DNA of 64,000 nucleotides from Dudresnaya verticillata (lineage: Eukaryota), in contig OZ374566.1 of assembly GCA_977862235.1 (NCBI GenBank), positions 62,001 to 126,000 on the forward strand. Reading direction: 5' to 3'. Under the pieces are notes generated by a model. The model had not been told where the DNA came from. It did no database searches and saw only the letters and a list, made by a program, of their open reading frames with translations. Positions 26,008-37,389 of the stretch are shown in pieces (position 1 is the stretch's first letter; the number at the start of each line of letters is the position of its first letter). The position numbers and the translations under genes were made by a program.

Positions 26008-27216
26008 CCCTAGTCAGGGTGGACGCTGGAAGCGAAATACACGCCACATCCTCATACGGATCGACGCGGACGTGCACTCGTTGCGGACGACTGGGGCTTT
26101 AATCAACCGGATCAAGGACGATTGGGTTGGCGACACGCGAATAGGCAACCCTCTTCGGGGGGGTCCGTAAGAACAGAACGGCTGACAGTAGTCAGAAGAC
26201 GTGGAGGGCGCACGCACCACACGAAATCGGGCAACAAACGAAATGGAAAATTTTATTGTGAAAACAATAACGCGAAGGTACCGCCAGCCAGGCGGCGCCC
26301 AACAAACGGGAACCCGAAAAGTGTGTACCCCAGCACTACGAACGTCCACGAGGCAAACCAAGCACAGACGCAACAGACCGTCTCCAACGTCCTCGTCCAG
26401 GCGCGCCACCCACGGCCAAGTCCGAAACTCGCCACCCTTACGGGCGGCGCACGCAACCGCCTCGAGGGTGGCGCCCGCGAACGTCAACGACGTGTCTCAA
26501 GTCGAAAAAGGGGTCGCCCGCAAACACGAGAGCAGAACCAGTCGTCGAAGACGGAGTTGGGCTACGTTTCGTGCACGACGCGCTAATTGCAAAAATGACT
26601 CCGCCGCTGGGCGCGGCAGCCGCACCCAAGAGTCGCAGGAAACGCGTCCAACGCGCGGCGCATCGCCAACCCAGCCGTCCCCGACGCTAACGCAACATGC
26701 CCTACGTCAAGGACGAAAAACCAACCGACAAACGGCTCCCCAACTACATATTCGCTTAAGAAGCGGAATCGCGATTTGAACCAAACGACTATGTCGGCAT
26801 GAGAAAATGGGCCCTCCCAAAAGGGCTTACGCTACTGTAGCGGCATCAAGGAAGGAGAAGAACGCCACCAAGGCGGCACCGCCCCAAGCTTTGACGCAAG
26901 TGCTACTACAGCGAACAGACAACAACAACGTCTATGTGAACCCGACCCGTCGGCTACATACTATTCGCTATCGCAGCGCTCTACATCAAGCGGGCACATA
27001 AGCAACTACGTTTTACAACGGTCAAGTTTATTCGGGCTTCACAAGCGAGGGTAACCCCCGTGCCCGTATGACCTTCCACTACGACCTACGTCGTGAGACG
27101 TGGCACTAACCGTCTATGACGTATGAATCCCTCGCTCGCCGCCCCGCTGCGGGACAAGCGGAGCGACACCAGACGCACTCTCGCGCCCACGAACCGATCT
27201 TAACGATCCAACAACG

Positions 27217-29521
27217 CTACGGCTTTTTTGTCGCAGACGGCTCAGATGGGGCATCATCCCCGACGCCATTGGCGGATTCTGTTAACGCCTCTTCGTATAG
27301 GTCGTCTTCCGTCACCGACGGTGCGCTCGCAGCAGGGGCAGGGACGGACCACAAGGGACCCGCCATAACCACTGCTGTCGAAGTCGCGACATCCGCCGCT
27401 GGCGACGCGCCTGGCTCACAACCCGCCTTAGGCGACGACTGTTCGTCAACCGTCATAGGCGCAGCGTTAGAGTCATTATCCGCCTTAGGCGCTAAACCAG
27501 GAAGCACACTCGCCTCTGGCGGCGGAGCATCCTCAACCGTCTTGGGCGAAGTCGACGGCCCCAGCACCTCCGGTGACGGGACCGCATTAACCGTCAAAGG
27601 CGTTGAACGATCAACATCCGTCACTGACGAAGAGGCCACTGGCGCTTGCGGAACCGCCGTAGGTGCTGCCACCGCACTTGCCTTTGGCGGACTTTTGTTA
27701 ACAACGTCAGTGGACGCAATGGGGGACGAACCCGCACAACCCGCCTTAGGTGACAAAGGCTTTTTCGCCACTCCGTCATTAGACGCTGCACCTTCGTCGT
27801 TAGAAGGCACAGTCGCAACGACGGTCGACGCCGGAACCGCAGCAACGCGGGGCTGCAGAGCAGCCAGCAGCGAGTGCCCGAGGGGCGTCGTGGATGACCC
27901 GCCCGACCCGTCAGTGACGACACCGGTGGCTCGCAAAAATGCGAGCACCGTGTGGCGCTGCTCCTCAGTCCATTCGGGCACTGCAGGAGGGCAATTCGCA
28001 CCGTCAGCGACGTTAGACAAGCCGCCTTGAGGCGTAACTGCAGACGCAGAACTCGAAACGGGCGCAACCATGATGGCATCACCATCACCGTCATTTACGG
28101 GCGCCGAGAGATCAATGGCGCAACCGACGGCAAGCCAACAGGCACAACACCCGACGGTCCTACCGCCGCTGGCGAAGTCACCGTGGGAGCTGTCGCCCCC
28201 GCAGTAAGCTCAACCGCCATAGGCGTAATGATGTCCGTCCCAGACGGTTTAACAGGTCCGCTGTTAGCGTGGAACGCATCCTACTCCGCCATCAAGGCGC
28301 TCAAGTGGGGTGGGAAATCCCCCGCAAAGTCGCAATTCTTGCGCAACCCACGTGGGTGATTCGCTGGCGTGAAGTGGTCCGTACGACGATGACTCTCAGC
28401 TATGTTCTCCGTCGTAAGACGTTTGGTCCACGGGTTGTACCACACCCAATCGCCACAGGCGGAATGGTTTCTACTCATCGCGTAACGCGGACGGTTTGCC
28501 TTACGGCACCTGTTCCCCGATGGCACAGCAACCGGGTCGTCCCAGTTGACGTTATCCGCCACATGGCGTAGATCCCAGAACTCTTGGCAATTCTTGGCAC
28601 CGCCCAGCACTTCAGCCAAGTCAAGCCCGCCAAGGAGGCTGACCACGCGTGGCGGCACATAATAGAGCCGGAAGGTGTCATACACCTCCCACATCCAAGC
28701 GTAAGTTACGTTGATGACCCACTCGGTGAAAACACGATCCAACATCGAGAGTACGGATCCGTCCGCAACTCGGAGCCAATATACATGACACAGGGAGGCA
28801 ATTCAGCCGCAAAGCCCTCGCAGACCTCAAAGTCCCGCCACAACGGTGGGACACGAATGAAGCAATGCGGCAACTTTTCCTGCTCAATGCGATCGACTTG
28901 CGTATCTTGATAAGGCACAAAAACGCCTTTGCGGCGGCACGTTTCGCACTCCCAACGGACGCAGCGCTCCCAATAGAAGGTTCCCATCCTATGCAAGTAT
29001 CGGAAACCCGCTTTCAAGCGTACACCAAGGAGGTTAGCCTCCTGAAGTACCCGCAGCTCAGCCGAAACAGCCACATGGCTTAGTGACAACGTCCCAAGAC
29101 GGTCCCCATACCCAACCTCACCATTGGTGCGGTACTGCCCTTCGTCAAATTCAAAGACGGTGGGCGTCAATACCGACTCCGGATAGCGGGTAAGCCACCG
29201 ATACACGTCAACGAAGAAACGCGCATGCGCATCTGTACGCGTCTGACCGGCTGCAATACGCAGCCAGCCTCTCGGGATGGCGCACCGATGGCGCCAGTCG
29301 TTCGTCCACAAGACGGCCAGGGGCAACTCCCCTGGAAAAACTCCGCTCACAGCGTAATGGATGAGGAGGTCCTCGTGCCGCAGGGCCTCCTGGTCGAACC
29401 AGGGGGCCCGCGAGAATACTCGCGCATCGTTGCGGGGAGTCCTCCCGACAAAGTTGAATGGTGACGGATACACCGGCGCCGCCGAGGGCGCAGCCACTTG
29501 AAGGCCGTTGAACTGGGCCAT
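27217..29521 (-). pseudogene. Antisense accessory ORF of element B (conserved N-terminal half, A/P/S/T-rich tail)
   Basis: ORFs 28706..29677, 28281..28745 and 27217..28071. It is homologous to the + strand ORF of C (FARAPWF/FSRAPWF, YRTNGEV, G.FVPY, CGD.V.Y.PW) and to the D ORF. Confidence 0.85.
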
Positions 29522-29978
29522 GACACCTGAGACGTTGAGTAATCGCACGCCACTGGCGGAGTTCACACGATACGTCAACGACGGTTTTGACTCCGAAGTC
29601 AAATTTACGCCAAAGGTGGAAGCCAACAAACACACGTCAACGACGTTGGACCAAACAACGCCGAAGGCGGAACTCAAAGAAACGCCCTAGGCGGTAAGTG
29701 CACCCACGCGTGCACAGATACGACATCAACGACGGGGTTTCACGCACGCCACTGGCGAAGTTAGTCAACGACACGTCTTCGACGGGAATTCTTCCTACGC
29801 CAAAGGCGGGGGGGAAACTGAACGTGCGTCTTTGACGGGGCTCAACCAACGCCAAGGGCGGGCAAATGCAGACGCGAAGGCGCGGGTGACAGACACGATC
29901 GGCGCTGGAAGAGACGCAGACGCAGGAAGGCAGGCAGGCTGAAGCAGGTTGACGTGTTCGCGTTTTCGGAGGGGGTCG

Positions 29979-30903
29979 TGTAGTGCCAGGGGGTCCCCCT
30001 TTTTCACTTTCAAGCGGGTTGATATCCTGCATCTACCGACGGACGACCGCCAACGGCGCGCTCAACCCGCCCGCCGCACAAACACGTCACCGACGCATGC
30101 CGCTGGCCACTCGCGCCAGAACGGCTCGTTTGGCGTGTAGACCGCACGCCTGAACCGAGGGCACTGTACGGCGCCACGCGTACGCGCATGGCGCAGTGGC
30201 GGGAACATTCGCTGTAAGCGTGGCCCGAGTCCGGATCCAATCGGGATCCCACATCGGGATCTGACATCAGGATTAGGAGGTGTAAGGCACGCGCCTGTAA
30301 GCCTGGCGCATCCGCATGGCTGGCCCGAATCCGGACTGGATCGGGATTGGTGCGGATCGAGATCGCACGCGCCATGGGGCGCATGCGGCTGTAAGGAAGT
30401 ACATCCACGTGTAGGTGTAAGGACTCGAGCAGGGAAGCTACACGTGATCTGTCAGGAGCGCGGCTGCATGACGGGCGGATCTGTCAGACGCGCCTCGGGA
30501 CAACACGTGTCCCGAGTTCCCGCCCGGCGCCTACACACGCGTCGCCGCCGCTAGGTAGTTCTATACTTACTTGATCCGTCTCAGACGTTGAGGTAGACTC
30601 CCGGCAAGCCGGCCTTGGTCCAGACTTCCCCTTTCAGCACGCGCGTACCCTACCGCTGCCTACGGCTAACCGTCTACCTCCCGTGCTTCCACGTCTCTAC
30701 CCGTCTTTGACGTGTTCCCTTTTTGTTCCCGTTTTGTTCCCTTTTGTTCTCCCTTTCCGCCGCGGGCGTTTACAGTCCGCCCAAGGCGAGTCAATTGCTC
30801 TACCACAAGTCGCCCAATGCGAGGCTACTCACCGCCACGGGCGTCGCTACCCACCGAGCCCCGAACTGCTCGGCGGTGTTCCGTCAAGGACGTTTGCACT
30901 ACA
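29979..30903 (+). repeat. 3' LTR of element B (925 bp)
   Basis: TGTAGTGC...GCACTACA termini, preceded by the PPT; the 3' end is repeated at 18524-18594. Confidence 0.92.
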
Positions 30904-31622
30904 ACGGGGTGTGCCCCGAATGCTTGACGGCGAGTTCGGGGTCGACTGTAAAACCCCCCGAACCTCTAGGAGTGCCGTAATGCACGTACAGTAGCGAAGT
31001 CGATTACGCCGGTGAGTGCCGTTGAAGACAGGCGTTGGAACGGGGTACGTAGGCCCGGTTCGCGCGCGGTTCTGTTACCGAAGGCGAAGATGGGGGTATC
31101 GTCGAGTTACTAAGCCTGCTTGGCGCTTTACTGTGGGAGGGGTTCCCCGTATACTACGTATCCCCCGCGTGAGATGCGCGCGGGCTTCTGGCGCCGTTCG
31201 CCTGACACTTGGCGTACGCGCGCGCCACGAGCTCACTAAAATATCGCGCAAAAATATCTAATGTAGAAATACTACTATCACACTGTAAATCGGTGTAAAC
31301 TAAGGGTGCGCATTGCTGGTGCGCACCCGAGCGAGGGTTCCCTCGGATATATTCGGCGCGCGTGTTGCGCGTGTACACGTGGAGACGTGTCGTCCGTTTG
31401 TGCTGTTGGCGTGTGCTTTACGGGCGCGCGCGCACCGTGCCAAAGGCGCGTTGCCCATTGGCTGGATCTCGTACGCGCGGCATCTGCGCACAGGCCCATC
31501 CAAGCCGCCGGTTCTGGGCGTATGCTCTAGCCGCGGGTGATCTGCGTGTACCGTCGTCCGCTCACCGCGCGAGCGGGTGTAGCGGTATAAAACGGGGCTT
31601 ACCGCCGGGGTCTTGCACCACA
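30904..31622 (-). repeat. 3' LTR of C, missing about 120 bp at the B insertion point
   Basis: Aligns to 58592-59307 at roughly 90-93% by eye. Ends TGCACCACA next to the PPT. Confidence 0.9.
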
Positions 31623-32422
31623 TCGCCCCCTCCTAAGAGCGAAACCCGCTGGGCCAACCCCCTTCCTTCGGCGGCAATCGTAACTGTACGGAGTCTCCTC
31701 CGGTTGTGCCTGCGTAGCAACACCCCGCAACATCAACATCCGTCTCTGACGGGACGGCTCATCCGTTGAACTGCCCGCGGCTCTCCGCGTTCCTGCTGTG
31801 AGTGTTATCATCCCGCGGCCGTGTGTGGCGACTCACTACGAAGGCGATTTCGGAAAAATCCTTTTTCCCATGCGGATATTCATGATTTTTTATGCCTCAC
31901 GTTTGGCCCGGGCGAGTAATGAATATCAGCATTTCAAATAAAGGTTCAGCGCATTGATTTCCCATGGCGCACGAATCCAGCGGAATGATTCGTGAATCAC
32001 ATTTTCGCTCTTTTGATGGCGCTTGAGGCCCCTGCAGTATCAATAGTCATACGGTATTCCGTTTCGGTAATGCATCAGTTCCGACCTGTGTGATGTGGCA
32101 AATCGCAAATCTATTTACGCACTGCTATGATTCTGAAACCGCAAAAGTAATGCGTCACAGCATTACCGCGGTAATGCCGCGGTTCCATTTCCGAGTCTAC
32201 TATCGCTGTGCATGCGGCCGCATGGATTTTCTCGCTTTAATTCATGGAAACTGCTGCGTCACATGCGCCGCCCCAGGCAGGCAGGCCTGCCGCATGTTGG
32301 TAGTCCTACGTCTACACTACATAATAGCTCCGTTCTTAACTTCCTCGCTCAGAAGCGCCGTGAACTCTTTGCAAAGTACGTCTCCTTCACGCTGAAAGCA
32401 GGGTACAGATACCTCGAGAACC

Positions 32423-34044
32423 TCAGTGCCTTGCGAGCCTTTTGCAAGGTCGGCCGACCATACGCGAGGACGAACAGCCTGTGCTCGACGCCACGCTACG
32501 TAAAACCCTCGGGGATTTTTGTCGCACACTTGAACCTTGCCGTTTAGTCGGATCTTCGACTCTGGAAGCGACTCGCTTCGAAACGCGAAGAGGATGCACA
32601 AACCTGCAATCTGTGGAACACCATTGCCTACTGTCCCGCATCAGGACTGTGGAAGCATCTTTCGTGCTGTCTGTAGGTCGTGTCATGCTGCGACCGCAGC
32701 TTTTCCGTACGAAAAGGGCACACGGATATGCTGTGTTGTCCTTCGTGTACTCATACGTGCCTAGAATTCGAATTAACCTTCCTTTTTTAGAAGAAACTTC
32801 CTTCGTTAACATTTCGAGCCCGTCGGCGAGTGCAGTTATACCAAGACATCTGCATAGAGTTCCAAAAGATTTGAAACAGATGAACATAACATCAGTCGAC
32901 AATGACGGCCACTGTGTGCTCTCGAAAGATGGGAAGAAGGAGATTGTATTATCCTCTTCCCCAGTCATCTCCATGGGCGACGCGGCCGCGTCGTCTCTCG
33001 TTGCCGCCCATGTCCTAGCGATAATAGCAAACTGCGCCACATCGAAATCTGCAGACACCTTCAAACAGAATTGCGCTGTGTCATTCAGCAGAACTCTGTC
33101 GTCCATGTGATGATCATCACCAGCTTCTCTGTTGAGCCGCGCCGGTATTCTCCTGGCCCGTGTCTTCAGCGTGATTAGCAGACTCTGGGGAGTTCCACGC
33201 AATCTCGGTACTGCTCCGGCCGGGGTACATGCACTCGTATCGGCTGACACTCGTGGCTGTATTGGTGTCTGCGGTGTTTGGTCTTCCAACACATTCGAAG
33301 ATGCACTTCTTCTTATCGTTCTACTACTTGCAGCCTTCTTTCCCTTCCGGCGAGCTGGGGCCTTCTGCATGCAACTGGCCAGGCGATGGCGAAGGAACCC
33401 GAAAACTCTTTCACAGCTTTGATCCAGGCCTCGGTTCAAGCTTAGCTCTATCCGTGCAGTGTTTCTTTGCACTCGACTCTTGATCGTCTCTATCTCTGAG
33501 CCCATAGCAGAATATCGTTGTCGTAGAAAGCTGAACTCACGATTCAAATCAGAACTGTCCACAACTTCCACATCTTGCTCTCACTATTGCGGTATTCGAG
33601 ATCTTGGCTTCCCTGGCGGCGCTGCTGTTGACTCGAAACATTTTCGATAGGCGGGCCAGCCCGCGTTCTCCAACTCAGTAGAGGATTGTCATTGTCCGAG
33701 CGATCTTGTTCCCAGACACGAAGATGTCTACCTGCAATAAATTCAACCTTCTCAACAGTTGCCATATAGTCGTACTGAGTATTGGAAACATACTCTATAG
33801 TCGCGACAGCGATTAAGTCACCGTCGTCAATTTCAACAACGTCCAATACCTCAGCATCCCACCGCACTTCGTCACCATTGTTCATCTCCCATGCCACCTG
33901 TACCCATTCATTGGCAAGCGGCAGAGTGTTGCGCTCCCTGCACCTCCTCATGTTGCAGAGTGTAATGTGCGGATGTTTGCTGATGCATGCAAAAGCATAC
34001 GTCTCCGTACGCGATGAGCAGGCCTGCTCAGGAAACTGTGACAT
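32423..34044 (-). pseudogene. CACTA accessory gene 1, unknown function; N-terminal part resembles a Tudor/Agenet-like beta-barrel
   Basis: Overlapping ORFs 33544..34044 (166 aa; EWVQVAWEMNNGDEVRWDAEVLDV) and 32423..33571 (382 aa, coiled-coil-like start), linked by a frameshift or intron. Confidence 0.55.
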
Positions 34045-34329
34045 AACAATTCACAAATGCGAAGTGCGGGTCAATATCGGCAATTGTGCAACCATGGAAC
34101 AGGTCTGCAGGCCTGTAGGCCTGCAGTGCTCCATTTCGCAACTTATCACGATTCTAGTTCATGAGAGCTTGTAGATCTACGCAGTATTTTGGCTGAATCA
34201 CTTCGAGTACTGGCAAAGATACGCAGAAAGGGCTTATCGGGAATTTGCAACGGCCGTTCCTCCGCGCGCGAGTGCCATACTTTTATCCGTCTCTCCGCGT
34301 AGAGACCTCTACCCGTCAACGCGTCAAGA

Positions 34330-36956
34330 ATGACTCCAACAACTAGGCAAGGCTCAAACAGGAAAACTAGAAAATCAGTAGCAGGCAAGGAAGTATCCGG
34401 ATATGTTGCTGTAACAGCATTAACAAGCAGGCCGAGGCAGTCCCCGGCTTTCAGACGTTTTGTGGGCCCGCCCCCTGGGTGGCCGGAAGAGAGAGGTCGA
34501 CCTCGTGATGTCGACAGATATAACCCCGGCCGGGCTTCGGAAATTGAGGACACGCCGCAATCTCATCCTGACGGTCCTGGGTCGGACGGGTTGACACCGC
34601 AAGATGACAGAGCTGCAAGCAGAAACCGTTCTTGTGCAAAAGAGCCTAAAAGGAGACCGACAACAAGGCGTCTAGGAGAACTCTTACAAAGTCCTGAAGA
34701 TTTAGCCTTGGGCCAGACCCGGCCGGGTGATGCCAGATATGAAGAGTCAGCTTCCACAGAAGAGCGCGCAACGGATAGTTCCGTTCTGAAATCCAGGCGG
34801 CGTGGTTCAGTAAGACGAGAACTGGAAGAAACACCTGACAGCCGGCAGGCATCCATTCCACCAGGGCTTAAGCGTAGGCGTTTAGGTGTAAAGGCTCCTC
34901 GAAGTGTGGCTCACAAGCGTATCGTGCAGGCGCCAAAGACTAGTTCGGCCGAACCGGTCGACGTTTCAGATGAGGGAGGAACTCCTGCTCTCGAAAGGCA
35001 GGTAGAGAAACCCAGACCCAATTTATATGGTGATGAGGGGGACAACACACCGTTGAACATAAGGAGAGGGCCATCTGAAAACCAAGTTCAGCCTTTTTCC
35101 CGAAGCCGGCTTCAGGAGCTATTCAGCCTGGCCAGGCAGTCTTGGGAGCTGTTGCAAAGATATCGAGCCACCGGTCAATTCCGGAAACGGCATTGAAGAG
35201 TATGGAAAATTATCTGAACGGTACCATGAAGACATATGTTCAGTCTATGCAGGATACAATATTGCAGCGCATTGGAGATGTTGAAAGAAAACTATCAGAA
35301 GTTAAGTCTGATATTGAGGAAATGCGTTTTGTTGAACAGTTTAGGTCGTCCGGGCCCGGACAAGGCTCTCATAAGAAGACTGCAAGGGCAGCATTCGAGG
35401 AAAAGCTTGAGAGGCTCACGCCTCATGCAAGGCTCCTGTTCAACCAGACTGTTATGTGCAGAGTACCAAGCAGCTGCATTTCCAACTATACATCTACTGC
35501 TATCTCCAGACAAGATGATAACGGCAAATTGTCGGCCGACATTTTGTGAGCTTTTCTCTTCACAAAGCAAGTGGACCAAGGAAAGAGGACATTCAAAGAA
35601 GCATTGGGAAGACGTTTCAGTGCGTTCCGGTACCTAGTCGTAACAAACGCTGTATTCAATGTGCAACAGAATCTGTTCCTTCAGTTCAGGACTTTGACGA
35701 CGGCAGCGATAGGAAAATGCACAGATGAAGTGAAAGGCTCGAAGCCGGGCGAAGCGGCCGCTTCGCAAACTTCCGGGATGCCAAAGTGTGTAGACGCATC
35801 TGCAGATGGATCCATTGATACCGGAATGGATTACCCCGAATTGTTGAAGCCAAAAGTAATTGTCGAGGAACACATCAAAAACGCGCGGATGCTTTGTGAC
35901 ACAGGGATGGGTAAGGGTCACGATGCTGAACGAGGGCCGGCCGGCAACTAGGAGGATATTTCAGAACGCCCCAAGTCTTTGGCTGTGAAAGACATTCCCA
36001 ATGTTGAGGACATCGCCCTACATGGAGCTTCGAAGGTCTATAAGATAGTCACAGATTGGCTCCTAGAAAGCAGGAAAAAAGCCAAGAACGCGCTATCAGA
36101 GGACCTGACATACATAATGGTCAACTGGAAACAGCTGAACTGTGGGGATATTGATCAGACCACAGTGCGAGTGCGCTGGGCTTCAACAGGGTCTGCAGAT
36201 AATACTGCATCTACCGCGGCCGCGGGGGGGAACACATTCGATGTCGACGATGTGATTGATACTAGTGACATTCCAGACACGACGAGAAAACCCGGCCGGG
36301 CAATAGATATAGATGTCTCTAATACCAACCTGTTTAACGAACTGCTGAAGGAACGCATCGACATGATGTTTAGTGTTTCCCATGATGTGTTTGTACTGCC
36401 GTCAACGTCCGGCGGCCGCCGTAGCGCAGATAGGAAGTCAAGGAAACGCCAAGGTGGGGAGAAGAAGCCACTCAAAAGAATTGTGAACCTCATCGAGGTT
36501 GCCATGAAGTTTTGCGTGGCTTTCACACAGAACTGTTCAAAAGAGTACTCGCCCGAGGTTTTTCTGGGTGCCCACATCAAGTCATTGGAAACAATTGTTG
36601 CCTTGGCTCATGTTCTTCGTATGTTGGTGAAGAAGTTTGTGGCTGTTCATTTTGACGCCAGAGGGAGATATCGCGGCCGCGACATATCAACTTCTGGAAT
36701 TAAGGTTGGCTCTTTGTCACTGGAAACGTTGCTGACGGGGAACTCCAACATGAAGCGGGTACTCACGAGCAGGGCACTTCGGATGACTGAGAAAGAGTAC
36801 GAAGTTCTGAACATGACCGATGACAACTCTGAGGCTAAACGGACCCCATGGGTGTTGCTGCAGCCACTGGTGGGCGCGGCCGCGACCCCTCCATTGGGCA
36901 TGGAGGGGAACTCGTGGCTTGCGATACGACTGGAATCATGGAGGTCTAGCCGTTAA
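34330..36956 (+). pseudogene. CACTA accessory gene 2, unknown function; basic disordered N-terminus, coiled coil and helical C-terminal part
   Basis: Consecutive ORFs 34330..35196, 35142..35549, 35571..35951 and 35979..36956 tile about 870 codons with frameshifts and one in-frame stop. Confidence 0.6.
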
Positions 36957-37389
36957 CGGCATTTATGTAAATGCACAGTCTTAAGCTGCATCTCATATGT
37001 GTTTTTGTGTGCACACACAACCATGTTTCAGACGGTTAACCATATCGTTAACCATATGAGTATGAATAATGGAACTTGAGCTTCTCGCCCCGTCGCGGCC
37101 GCGTGGGGTGAGCAACTCGCAAGGGAGAGAGCATTTTCCAACCCAGTCTTATGAGAAGATATGCATCAACAATCAAGACAATAATGTCAAGTGAGAACTG
37201 AACTAGAGCTCATTTACTCAACGACATAGAATGTAAACATCTACTGTTGTGCACGTTCCAGCACCGGACGGAAATACTAGTAGTTCAAGCAACTGCTCTA
37301 CGCATACTCCAAATGCATGTTAACAATCTTGCATGAAAAGGGCGACCGCCCTTTTCGAGAACGGTCTCAAAGAACCAGATCCGGCCGGA

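Larger units (their letters stand above)
18524..30903 (+). mobile_element. Chromodomain Ty3/Gypsy element B; 5' LTR reduced to about 70 bp, with an antisense ORF
   Basis: Bases 18524-18594 match the last ~70 bp of the LTR at 29979-30903. PBS at 18597, gag-pol, and the PPT TTCGGAGGGGGTCG before the TGTAGTGC at 29979. Confidence 0.93.

Noticed and set aside
26010..27200. ORFs in the pol-antisense spacers of B, C (48840-50380) and D (61500-62580)
   Set aside because: They are R/T-rich products of strand-biased composition and are not recognisably conserved between B and D at protein level.
27116..28030. Plus-strand ORFs 27116..28030 and 62769..63524 as possible env genes
   Set aside because: They are shadows of the A/P/S/T-rich tails of the antisense ORFs, and no signal peptide or membrane anchor pattern is evident.
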